A stretch of DNA of 64,000 nucleotides from Malacoraja senta (lineage: Eukaryota): positions 136,462,001 through 136,526,000 of the forward strand of contig CM075978.1 of the NCBI GenBank assembly GCA_038087875.1, in the 5' to 3' direction. Below the pieces are notes generated by a model. The model worked only from the letters and a program-made list of their open reading frames with translations. It searched no databases and was not told where the DNA came from. Positions 53,800 to 64,000 of the stretch are shown piece after piece. Numbering within the stretch: the first letter of the stretch is position 1; each line of letters begins with the position of its first letter. The position numbers were made by a program, and so were the translations under genes.

Positions 53800-54225
53800 A
53801 AATGCAGATGCTGGATATCGGAATTATAAAGAAAAAATGCTAGAAGAATAGCTCAGCCAGTCCGGCGGCATCTGTGGAAAGAGAAACTGACTTTTCAGGT
53901 TTGGGATTCTTCATCAGGACTGGAAAGGAGAGAAAACAAGTTTGTTTTCAATGGCAGAGAGGGTTCGGCAGTTTTGGAGGAACGGGGTGGGAGGGGGTGG
54001 GCAGCGAGAACAAAGAGAATATCTTTGATATAATAAGAACTAAATTAGGTCATTGATCACTCTATCAGAGATATTCCCTTTGTTCTCACCATTCCTCCCC
54101 CATCTCCTCTGCTAGTGAAAACTAACATGCTTTGCCTCCTTCCCAGTTCCGATGACGAGCCCCAGATTTGAAATGTGTTTTTTCTCACATAGGCTACATG
54201 GCCTGCTCAGTGTTTGTTGTTTTCT
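53800..54225. mobile_element. Old, diverged fold-back relative of the hammerhead-motif element with a longer spacer
   Basis: TGCAGATGCTGG head. Minus-strand CTGATGAAG...CCTGAAAAGTC at 53889-53917. Decayed plus-strand CCGATGACG...TGAAATGT at 54149-54176. Confidence 0.6.
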
Positions 54226-54943
54226 GAATCTATCACCATTTCCTTCCATTCCCTTCTCTTTTATGACCTTAAAATCAACAACTCCTTTGAATAGTGTGTT
54301 TTGTATTTTCTCTATTTTCTGAATAAAAGGGGATGTTTCCCTGATACTTTATATTTATTGCTGTGTGATGCCTGATTTCAACTGACACCTGCGCACAGTT
54401 GCATTAAAGAAAGTAAGGAGTTAAACAGGTGAAAGGGTATAATAGCTTACTGTTTGAGCAACTGCCCCATCGAATAATGCAGGTCCATAACCAGGGCACA
54501 GGGAAACAATGATAACTTCCATAGCTCAGGAGTGACCTCTCAGTTAAGTGTTGATCAATGTCCCACCGATGTGCCAGAGAGCCTTCAATTGACTGAGGAA
54601 AATGGTGTTCAATTACTAAAACCTTAAACATTCTAATGGATACCTCAAAGAATTGGAGAGGTATTGACAGTGTTGTTTTTGTACAATCCTCCAAATAAAT
54701 TGGCAGGGTAGATAAATGGAGCAAGGCCAGTTTCCTCACACATGCTAATGTATAGGCATATGATCCACATGCCTAATACAAGCACTCTACTCCATGCTCC
54801 ATCATGGCAAGAGATTTCCAGGAGGACAGAGAAAACACTTTGAGGATGTTCTTAAAGTCTCCATGAAAAACTGAAAGATCCTTACTCATTCTGATGAATC
54901 TCTTGCCTGTGACCATTTAGAATGTAGGAGTATCTTGTGTCTC

Positions 54944-55218
54944 TATTGATTGAAAGTTACAGCATAGAAACAGACGTTTCGGCCCACTGAGTCCACGCTG
55001 ACCATCGATCACCCATTCACACTTTCTCAGCACTCCCTACACACATGAGAAATTTACAAACCTACACATTTTTGGGATGTGGGAGGAAACCAGCACACCC
55101 CGAGTAAACCCACACAGTCACAGGGAGAACGTACAAACATTGTACAGACAGCACGTGTAGTCAGGATCGAACCAGGGTCACTGGTGCTGTGAGGCAGCAG
55201 CTCTACAATTGCACCACT
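54944..55218 (-). mobile_element. V-SINE (HE1-like)
   Basis: Same head, V domain and tail as the 28367 and 30638 copies. Confidence 0.85.
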
Positions 55219-55596
55219 ACACCTCTGATCAGAGGAAGTTTTTGAAATCAGGGTTAAGGCACACAGATTATAGGAATTTAATTTTTCAGGCATTTAATTC
55301 TTACCTGAGAAATATTCAAATCCAAGAAAAATATATTTCCTGATCTCAAATTTGGCATAACTCATCTCAATAATAAGCACAAAACAATTGGTAAGAACAT
55401 AGATGTGCAAATATTCCTGACCTGGAGCTTAAAACTTTAACTGATTTTTCTCAAAGTGTTTATTATTATAATCCAATTTTAATATCTAAAATCTCACATG
55501 ACCACAATGCTGACCAAAGCAAAACAGCAATGTAATAACATTAGTTGTCATTATTAAAGTGTGAACATTTTCAAATAAAGTCTAATTGTTCAATCG

Positions 55597-55883
55597 CTCC
55601 TTTTTCTCTTTATCTCCTCTTTCATCTCACTCTTCCTCCTCTCATCTCCAAAATCCCTCTCCCTGTCTCTCCTTTGTCGATCCCCACACTGTTATCTTCC
55701 TTCCCTTACTCTTTCCTTCCTTCACAATTCCTTGTCGTCCTCCTTTCTTCCTCACCACTTATTCCTGCTCCTTCTCCCTTCCACCCCTCCTTCCCCATCG
55801 GCTTCTTTAACATTTCTCTCACCCTCCTCCCCTTGCTTCCCTGCCTTCACTCTTCACATTTTCTCTCTCCCTCATTCTTCCCC
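55597..55883. repeat. Polypyrimidine/polypurine low-complexity tract (about 290 bp)
   Basis: Strongly C/T-biased plus strand. It explains the spurious S/P/L/F ORFs at 55545 and 55586. Confidence 0.9.
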
Positions 55884-56309
55884 ATGGGAACTCTTGCAGT
55901 CTTGCACATAGAAAAGCAACACAAGTTAGAGAAGCACATCATTGTCTTCAGTCACTGGGTATCAGTAAGACATTAGGCCAGTGCTGTCTTCACTCCTGTG
56001 CCTTGAGATTATAAGTGCTTCATTGATGTAGCATGAATAGGGATGGGATTATCTGACAGAGTGGGCAATTGGGAGTAGTCAGCTTGTTGTCTTTCACTGG
56101 ATGGGGTGGGATGTGTGGCCAATATCCAAGGTCAAATGTGGGACCTGAAAGGTAGCTTGCTTGATAACTTTGGATTTTTTTCTTTAACTGGTTATGTTGC
56201 AACTACAGTTGGGAATTCCTGGTGTAAGTGAAAGCATTGGATACTAGGGATAACATAAACTCGTTTGGGCTGCCTTCAATATATGGGTGTAAACTAGGTG
56301 TACAACATA

Positions 56310-56504
56310 TTAGACAATAGACAATAGGTGCAGGAGTAGGCCATTCGGCCCTTCGAGCCAGCACCGCCATTCAATGTGATCATGGCTGATCATCCCCAAT
56401 CAGTACCCCGTTCCTGCCTTCTCCCCATATCCACTGACTCTGCTATTTTTAAGAGCCCTATCTAGCTCTCTCTTGAAAACATCCAGAGAACCTGCCTCCA
56501 CCGC
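56310..56504 (-). mobile_element. CR1-clade LINE 3' end, young
   Basis: (TAGACAA)n tail. Nearly identical to 63588-63770. Confidence 0.88.
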
Positions 56505-56714
56505 ATTAACTGGGACGGGTTATACTAATATGCAATGAAAGGAAGGTGTTAGAAATTTGTTTTTTCCCCTCCTGCTGGATCCAGGGACAGTTATTCAATC
56601 TTCCCACACTCTATTACAACTCTAACTTCCCCAATCTGGGGGGACCGAAGAGTGATGAAGTCAAGTCAACACTTTTCCTGAATGAGGTTTATGGACTAAC
56701 ATCTGTCAGTATTA

Positions 56715-57233
56715 AGGGGCTGTCCCACTTGGGCGAGTTTAGAAGAGTTTGAAAAAATGACATGTTGAAGACCTCCTTCGACTATGTAGAAGACCTCCTT
56801 CGACCTCCTTCGACTATGTTGAACACCAGCTTCGACTAGCTACGACTAGCTATGACTAACTTCGGGAAAATTGGACACCGAATAGTGAAGACAACCTCCT
56901 TCGATCTCCTTCGACCTACCTTCGACTATGATGAAGACTATCTATGACTACCTTCGACTACCCTCGATTACCTACGACTAACATGCCGACCTACTATGAC
57001 TAAACCTACGAGTATTGATTTTTGCTATGGCGACCTTTTTTTACTCGCGGGCATTTTTTAACATATTGAAAAAAACGCCGCGACCTAGCTGAGGCCTCGA
57101 GTACGCGGAGACCACTCTCGAGCATGAAGGAGAGTTGACCTCCTATGACCTCGTGTCGACCATGCTGCGAGTATGAGTCGAGGGCAAACTCGCCAGAACT
57201 CGCGGATTAGGTTGCCCAAGTGGGACAGGCCCT
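56715..57233. mobile_element. Non-autonomous DNA transposon (PIF/Harbinger-type MITE) with internal degenerate tandem repeats
   Basis: TIR AGGGGCTGTCCCACTTGGGC / GCCCAAGTGGGACAGGCCCT, related to the 22711 element. Flanks TTA and TCA. Many CTTCGAC/CTACGAC units at about 56770-57010. Confidence 0.82.
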
Positions 57234-60200
57234 TCAGGCCTCTTAGATTGGAGTGTATTTACAATACGTCCAGGCAAACAAATATGTACACATAATTTCC
57301 TAATTACCCACTGATATGTTGCAAACTGTTGCCCAGTACCTGGCTTCAGCAATCAAAAACACTTTTTATTTAGAAAATACTTGTACATGTTGGGCAATAA
57401 GATTTCATTGGCTCCAAGTTGTTGACTGCAGTTGCTAAACTATTCTCTCTGGTTTATGGAAGTGACCTCAAGTGTGGAGAAATGCCCTCCTTCTTTGGCA
57501 CTAGATGTTAAAACTATCTTGGCACCTTCCTGTAACCTTTGGGTCAATAATCAAGAGCCTCCCAAACAGCAGCCAATGTTTGTATTGTCAATAGAGATTT
57601 GGGCATGACTGAGAAAGGTGAAACAGGTTTGAAAGGTGCAACATGAACTCTTAATGTACTGGAAGCAAAACATTCCTTTATTTGCCATTCATGGTTAACT
57701 TGATGGATCACACATCAAAGAGGAAATGATGGTAAGTCAGGCCAAATTTTAACACCGTAATGTAGACCATTTAATTATTTTTTAAATTTCTAGATTGACT
57801 CTTGGTATAAATTGGATTTACGATTTTTTAAAGCTTATCTAAAGTTTATTTTTAAAAATTAAATACTCGACTTAATTTGTTATTCCAAAGCCAGAATTGT
57901 TTGATCAGCAATTAATATTTATATAATTAATCATTTTTAAGATAAATGTTTACAGGGAATGATATTAAAAAATAAACTTGGAAATTGTACGAAGATGGAT
58001 AAGGGGAGAGGACCACATCAGCTCACAGAAAAAACACCGTTGTTTACCTTGCCAGCATCAAGTTGTTCGAGTTATGATTTTTCATGATCACTGAAGCTCC
58101 ATCAATATACAACATTGCAGGAAAATATAGAAAACAAGCAACAATTGAAATAAAAACCACAAAATAATGCCTCATAGATTATGAATATTTTTCAATCTGT
58201 TCAATTTTTCATTTAAAGTAATACAATTAAAATGTCTTTCATTAGTTTGGCCAACGTAAGTTGTTTCTCCCCAGTTCAATTCAGTGAGTGCAACCATTGT
58301 ACAATGGGATAAATATAGAGAGACCACTGTATAAACAGCTCAAGCAGCTCCAATCGACCAGAATGAAAAGGTATCTGCCCTGAAAAAGGAGTTTCAGGTT
58401 TAGCAGCAAATCTGAAAAGTCATACTGTAGTTTTGATTTAAAAGCTATTTTTGCAACTTGGCTTGCAATATTAAACAGGCATTTATCTGTACACCACAGA
58501 GCCTGATTGCATCACGTAACAATATGCACTGAAAGGGCCAATGTACAAGATCACACAATGAAGCGTTTTGGCATTACAGTGGCTGCAGAATTAAGAATAA
58601 AAGAATTCTGGAAAAAGATCAAGCAAATCCAAATTAACCCTAATCCCCCACAACAATAAAGATTACTGCATTTGACTCTTTTAAAATGATAAACAACACT
58701 CAAATTCTAGGGTTTCTCTGTTAATCCCGTATAAAGCTTGTCAGTTCAATACTCACAGCCGAACTGCAGAGCATTCATGCAGTCACCAATGCTCCACCCA
58801 CTGAATAAGTGTTCTACAAGAAAATGCCATTAAAGTTTCTTGCACAGTGCTCTAACTTTAACCTTTTATGCTTTCGATCGTTTATATAGGTCTATTCAAT
58901 ACAGGGGAGAATGCATGGAATTTCATGGTCCAGCCCAAAAAGCAATTGTCTTAAGCAATAAGCATTTTCAAAAGTTTTGAATTGTATCAATATTTCTTAT
59001 TATTACTGACCTTCGACAATGTCAAAATGCCCAGCAAATACATTATTGGTGCAAAGGCTCATGTATGAGTTGCAAAATATATGTTTTTAATACATTGAAC
59101 GTTTCTGCTTAAAAAAAAAAGCTTTCAAAGAAAGAATGTGCATTTTTATCAAAGTAGTTACCTCTCTTCAAAAACATGAAGACATAATGGTTTTCCTAAT
59201 ATTCCGAAATCCTGGCATTGAAACAGAACACGTATTTATAACTGTAATTATCGACAATGGCTGTTTATTGTAGAACTTCACTGTGCATGTGAATACTCTT
59301 ACTTGACGATTCTAATTGTGTGTTCTTTTCATTCCACCCTGACGGTGCAGATTTCCATCTAAAGTCCTTGCTGGCTCCTGTATCTCACACAAGTCCATTT
59401 TTTGTCCATCGTGTGAGCGTCAGCCTTTTTTTTTTACCAACTCTGGGCATATCCTGCATTTCTCTCAAGTAATATACATATTTAAGCATTTTCAAGAAAC
59501 AGCACTTCAAATAGTCTCTTCTATTTGGGTAGGTCTGCAAGATTGATAGTTTATAAGAGTCCCATAATTTTATATCTAGGCAGAAGCCGACTTTGCATTA
59601 TATTTAGAGAAACATCAAATTGCCGATTATTTCAGTGAGACGCAGGGGGAATGATGACTTAATTTTGCAGCTTTAATTCCTAGATTTACAATAAACCTGA
59701 AAATCACTTTGTTTCCAATAACGTTAAGAGATTACCTATTAGAGGAACTCCAGTGGTGATCTTCAAAAGTAACAGTCAATAACATTTCATGAAAGGGACT
59801 AATATTTATAGTTAACTATGATTATATGTACTTGGCTTGCAGGGAGTCAAAAGCTGCTGAAAGTGCCAACTATTGTATTTGGTAAAAGTTTTTGCTTACA
59901 TCCATACAATCAATTATTATTTGTAAAGCTCACATGAACATATATATTATTGTTCGTGTTACTATTTGTGGTACGTGTGGTTTTGATATAAATACGCATG
60001 CTCTTTTTGAGAGGTTTTAAAATATAATTACATTTATTGAAATCATTAAGAACCCTTTTGAACTTTTGAAACTATTGTGGTGAATTGACGGAATTTCAAA
60101 CTGGCATTTCAGCAGCAATACAAATACATAAGTGCACGCTGTCACAGTAGTTCCAACATTACTCAGGACACGGATTAGCACCTGATTCACAGACAGATGG

Positions 60201-60353
60201 AAGAAAAAGATGTGAAATCAGAACCAATGAGTAACCACGCTTTATTTGAATTTCACACTCGCTGAAGTGAAGCTCCAGTTACGAGCAAAGTGTCATTTTT
60301 TATATGCTCAGGGAGTCCATTGGAACCTCTGAGTACTATGTTTACATATCTGT

Positions 60354-60535
60354 GTAAGAAGGAACTGCAGATGCTGGTTTAAACCGAAGATGGACACAAA
60401 AAGCTGGAGTAACTCTGCGGGACAGGCAGCATTTCTGGAGAGAATGGGTGACGTTTCGGGTCAAGACCATTCTGAAGAATGACCCTTCTGATGCTGCCTG
60501 TCCCGCTGAGTTACTCCAGCTTTTTGTGTCTATCT
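60354..60535. mobile_element. Fold-back copy of the hammerhead-motif element with 17-bp TSD (1 mismatch)
   Basis: Inverted arms of about 46 bp (AAGATGGACACAAAAAGCTGGAGTAACTC...GCAGCAT). TATGTTTA(C/A)ATATCTGT at 60337-60353 and 60536-60552. Confidence 0.85.
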
Positions 60536-62091
60536 TATGTTTAAATATCTGTTGTGCTGGCTGCAAGTAAGAATTTTATTGTTCCGTTTCAGGACATATG
60601 TCTGTCTGTAAAACACCCTCGACTTGATCTTAAATTTATATATCATTGTTTTCGATATTAGAAGAAAATAAGCATTCCCGTGTGTGTTTCATTGGTGTGA
60701 AGAACTGACATTCCTGTGAAAACTGATAAATAGAGCTCTGTTGTCAGTAAGTGCAAAATGCAGTTAGGAATATGATTTGTGTCTGCCAGTTGTTCTTCGG
60801 ATACAACCAAAAGCTTTAATTTGAGATCTCTGACCTGGGTCAACTAAAAATACACAAACTCTTAAACACTTTAAAGACCAAAGTCTGGAAATAACATAGT
60901 TAAGCTATGTTGTCTTCTGTTGAAGCTATTTAATACTCAAAACATAAGATTCATTTTGGACTTAAAATTGGATATTTTTGGAATTTATTATTTAAGCCTA
61001 TAATCAGAACAACCGTAAGGTCTGCTCTGACCTATGGCTCTCCACTATAAAGCAGGAGTAAGCAGAGTTTAAAGACTTCTTAACCGTTCTGGTGCTGATA
61101 TGTGAAAGCTATTCATAAGTTACTGACAGTCATAGGCTCTGATTGGAAATCAACATGAATTGGAGTCGAAGTTGAAATGAAGCAATCAATTATTATTGGA
61201 TTAAGTTTGTATGCTAGAAATTGAATTTCGCCCTTTATTGGTGCACTAAACACGTGCTGTTTACGGTGCTACTCCTCAACTAGATCACCTGCAAAAATAC
61301 CCGATAACGGCCAAGGGAAATAGTGCCTCGCTAGTTTGCACCCGGAATTAATGCATTAAATCAGGATCTGCACAGGACCTTATTTCCTATTTAGTGCAAA
61401 AGAAAACAGAGTAGGGGCTCATCCCTTAAAGGCACATGCCCCTTCACAGCCTTAAACTGCAACACATGCAAGGCAGCTCTGGTGAAGGGTGAGGCTGCAG
61501 GCAAAAGGGAGAGCTTGGTGATATTCACGTTAGGCTTTGGTGGCTGTGAGAAGAAGGGGGTCCCGGACATGAGATATATCAGGGGTCAACATTAAAGAAT
61601 GTGGCAGAAGGTGGTTACAGTATTCTCCAGAACAACAAAATCCATAGACCAGATCTCGAGGAAACTTGATTATCTCTCAATTCATATCATGGTAATGTTC
61701 AGTCTAACAGAAATGCTGCTCATTCATTCTCACAAAGGTATGAGCAGATAAGGTTAGAGGGATGCAGGACACAAGAAGATAAACCAGGCACCAGTGACTA
61801 CAGTCTGTCGCATGGTGCAGGGAATCTGATATCAGCACTCATACTGGAGAGAGGTATGTGTATTCATCCTACCTGAACGGATTCAGGTGAGGTTCATGAT
61901 TGGGATGCTTTAATGACAAAGCTGATGCACAAGTACGGGTGGAAATGGTCAGTGATCTGACAGTTGTCCTGGCCTCATGCAAGAGGCGTTAAGAACCTGG
62001 AGGACAGAGTTTTCAATTTCTCACAGAGGATTCTGCATTGCCAAGAGACCATGTCCTTCACTCTGGACCCAATAACCTCCACTTTTTTAAA

Positions 62092-62403
62092 ACACAAAGT
62101 GATGGAGTCCAAAGAAGGGTCCCTAACTGAAATGTAGAATCAAGGAATTGCAATGCTGATATACACAAAAGGACAGAAAGTGCCGGAGTAACTCAGCAGA
62201 TCAGGCAGCACCTCTAGACAACATCTTGGGAGTATTTTATGTCCTTTTCTGTATTCATGTTTTTCATCAGCTGAGTTATTCCAGCACTTTGTGTCCTTTC
62301 CAGACCTGAAAAGTTGTTTGTCCATGTTCTCTGAAAATGCTGCCTGACTCACTGGGTTACTCCAACACTGTTACTCATCATTCCAGCATCTGCAGCTCCT
62401 TGT
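62092..62403. mobile_element. Scrambled cluster of hammerhead-element fragments in both orientations
   Basis: Pieces GGAGTAACTCAGCAGATCAGGCAGCA, GCTGAGTTATTCCAGCACTTTGTGTC, ATGCTGCCTGAC and TTCCAGCATCTGCAG. Confidence 0.65.
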
Positions 62404-62767
62404 CCATGCACACTTCTTTGTTGGGTATCAATACAATCATGTTGTACAATGCCATGCAGAGATGAAAGCCACACACAATTTGGCTGATTCTATGCAGTCT
62501 CACTCTGATCCATTAGAGGTCTGGTCCCAGACACCCAGAAGCATCTTGACACTCAATAAGACACCAACGAGCTGCTTGATGACTTCATTGAGCAAAGAGA
62601 TGCCAGGAGTAAGCAGATTGCAGCATCAAAGATCAGAAGGTCGTTACCTGTGAGCAGCTTACAGTTCCACAGGAGCGAAAGGATGCTGCACATGAACAGC
62701 TAGTTCTCTTGAAAGAGCAGAGAGATACTATGCAGAAGTAGCACAGACTCCTTCCGGAAACAGACAT

Positions 62768-63078
62768 GTCATAGAGTATAATAGAGTCATAGAGCCTAAC
62801 AGCATGGAAACAGGCCCTTCGGCCCAACTTGCCACACAGGAAATCACATGTACCATCTACACTAGTCCCACCTGCCTGCATTTGGTCCATATCTCTCTAA
62901 ACATGTACCTGTCTAAATGTTTCTTAAACTTTGCCTCAACTACCTCCTCCGGCAGCTCATTCCATACCATTCCTATTAAGTGTTTCAACCCTCACCTTAA
63001 GCCTATGTCCTCTGGTTCTTGATTCCCCTACTATGGGCAAGAGACTCTGTGCATCTACCTGATCCATTCCTCTCATGT
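62768..63078 (-). mobile_element. CR1-clade LINE 3' end
   Basis: ATAGAGTC tail, GGAAACAGGCCCTTCGGCCCAAC and decayed ORF2 (ACCTCCTCCGGCAGCTCATTCCA). Confidence 0.82.
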
Positions 63079-63359
63079 CACGCTCCCTTCACACACCAGA
63101 CTTCAATGTTAGCACAGTCCTGTTCAGAATGCACAGAGAGCTGAATACAAGGAAAAGAATAAGGTTGAAGGGACCTATGGCTGGAAGACTGTAAGCTAGC
63201 TCAGCCCTGGTTCTTGATATTGAAATAATGAGGGAGTGTCAGCAGGGTACTGCATCTTCCTCTGAGAGGGTTTCAATGTGCAGGCAGATTCAGGCCACTG
63301 ACAACCTTTCTCATGAGAAAACCAAGTCAATTTGCATCATGTAAGCGAAAATCCAATGA

Positions 63360-63580
63360 AAAACTGCAGATGCTGGAAACCAAAAAATTTAAGAAAAAAC
63401 AGAAAATCCTAAAAACATTCAGCAGTTTAGGCTGCATCAGTGGAAGAGAGACAATGTTAATGTTCCTGGTGAACGACCCTTCGTCAGAACAAGGGTGAGG
63501 AAGGATTTTATTCCTGAAACATTACCTTTATTATTTCTTCCCACAGATGTGGCCTGACCTGCTGAGTATTTCCAGCATTT
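63360..63580. mobile_element. Old fold-back hammerhead-element relative, abutting a CR1 tail
   Basis: AACTGCAGATGCTGGA head, minus-strand CTGACGAAGGGTC, and plus-strand CCTGACCTGCTGAGTATTTCCAGCATTTT. Confidence 0.65.
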
Positions 63581-64000
63581 TAGACAATAGACAATAGACA
63601 ATAGGTGCAGGAGTAGGCCATTCGGCCCTTCGAGCCAGCACCGCCATTCAATGTGATCATGGCTGATCATCCCCAATCAGTACCCCGTTCCTGCCTTCTC
63701 TCCATATCCCATGACTCCGCTATCTTTAAGAGCCCTATCTAGCTCTCTCTTGAAAGTATCCAGAGAACCTCTGGAACTTCAGAATTCTCTGCCTCCACTG
63801 CCCTCTGAGGCAGAGAATTCCACAGACTCACAACTCTCTGTGAGAAAAAGTGTTTCCTCGTCTGCGTTCTAAATAGCTTACCCCTTCTTCTTAAACTGTG
63901 GCCTCTGGTTCTGGACTCTACCAACATCGGGAACATGTTTCCTGCATCTATCGTGTTCAAACCCTTAATAAACTTATATGTTTCAATAAGATGCCCTCTC
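63581..64000 (-). mobile_element. CR1-clade LINE 3' end, continuing past the window edge
   Basis: ORF 63739..63960 (ESRTRGHSL...FFSQRVVSLWNSLPQRAVEA) and (TAGACAA)3 tail. Confidence 0.93.

Noticed and set aside
26306-54272. Perfect TNAAGGTCA ERR elements at 26306-26314, 29914-29922 and 54264-54272
   Set aside because: About 2 hits are expected by chance for 8 fixed bases on both strands of 64 kb. There is no clustering.
56768-57012. CRISPR-like or coding repeat array
   Set aside because: Eukaryotic context, degenerate short units with no unique spacers, and enclosed by MITE TIRs.
61430-62760. Possible decayed L1/Tx1 LINE remnant
   Set aside because: Composition is repeat-like, but no reliable protein motif could be read.

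Overview
AT-rich vertebrate genomic DNA, very probably a cartilaginous fish (skate/ray-type HE1-like V-SINEs and CR1 LINE 3' ends). The only host gene supported is ESRRG (estrogen-related receptor gamma, NR3B3) on the minus strand. Coding exons are 41479-41534 (MDFVELCLPESFSLRYNEE), 18753-19165 (AF-1 region and first zinc finger) and 15747-15863 (second zinc finger). All junctions are GT/AG and in frame. The hinge and ligand-binding exons were not found and should lie left of position 1. The rest is intron or upstream DNA holding one IR/DR Tc1 element, two related Harbinger-type MITEs, six V-SINEs, about ten LINE 3' fragments, and repeat-free enhancer-like blocks. The most unusual signal is a dispersed, tail-less short retroelement family at about 13 loci. 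It carries a minimal type I hammerhead ribozyme motif (CUGAAGA-stem II-GAAACGUC), as known from Penelope pseudo-LTRs and retrozymes. Many copies are fold-back palindromes, five have 12-17 bp target-site duplications, one is nested in an older copy and one locus is a tandem pair. Other leads are a candidate poison microexon or alternative donor after the second zinc-finger exon, an overlapping uORF over the long-isoform start, and two CTCF-like sites flanking the promoter. Family assignments and human comparisons come from recognition and memory, not from searches.
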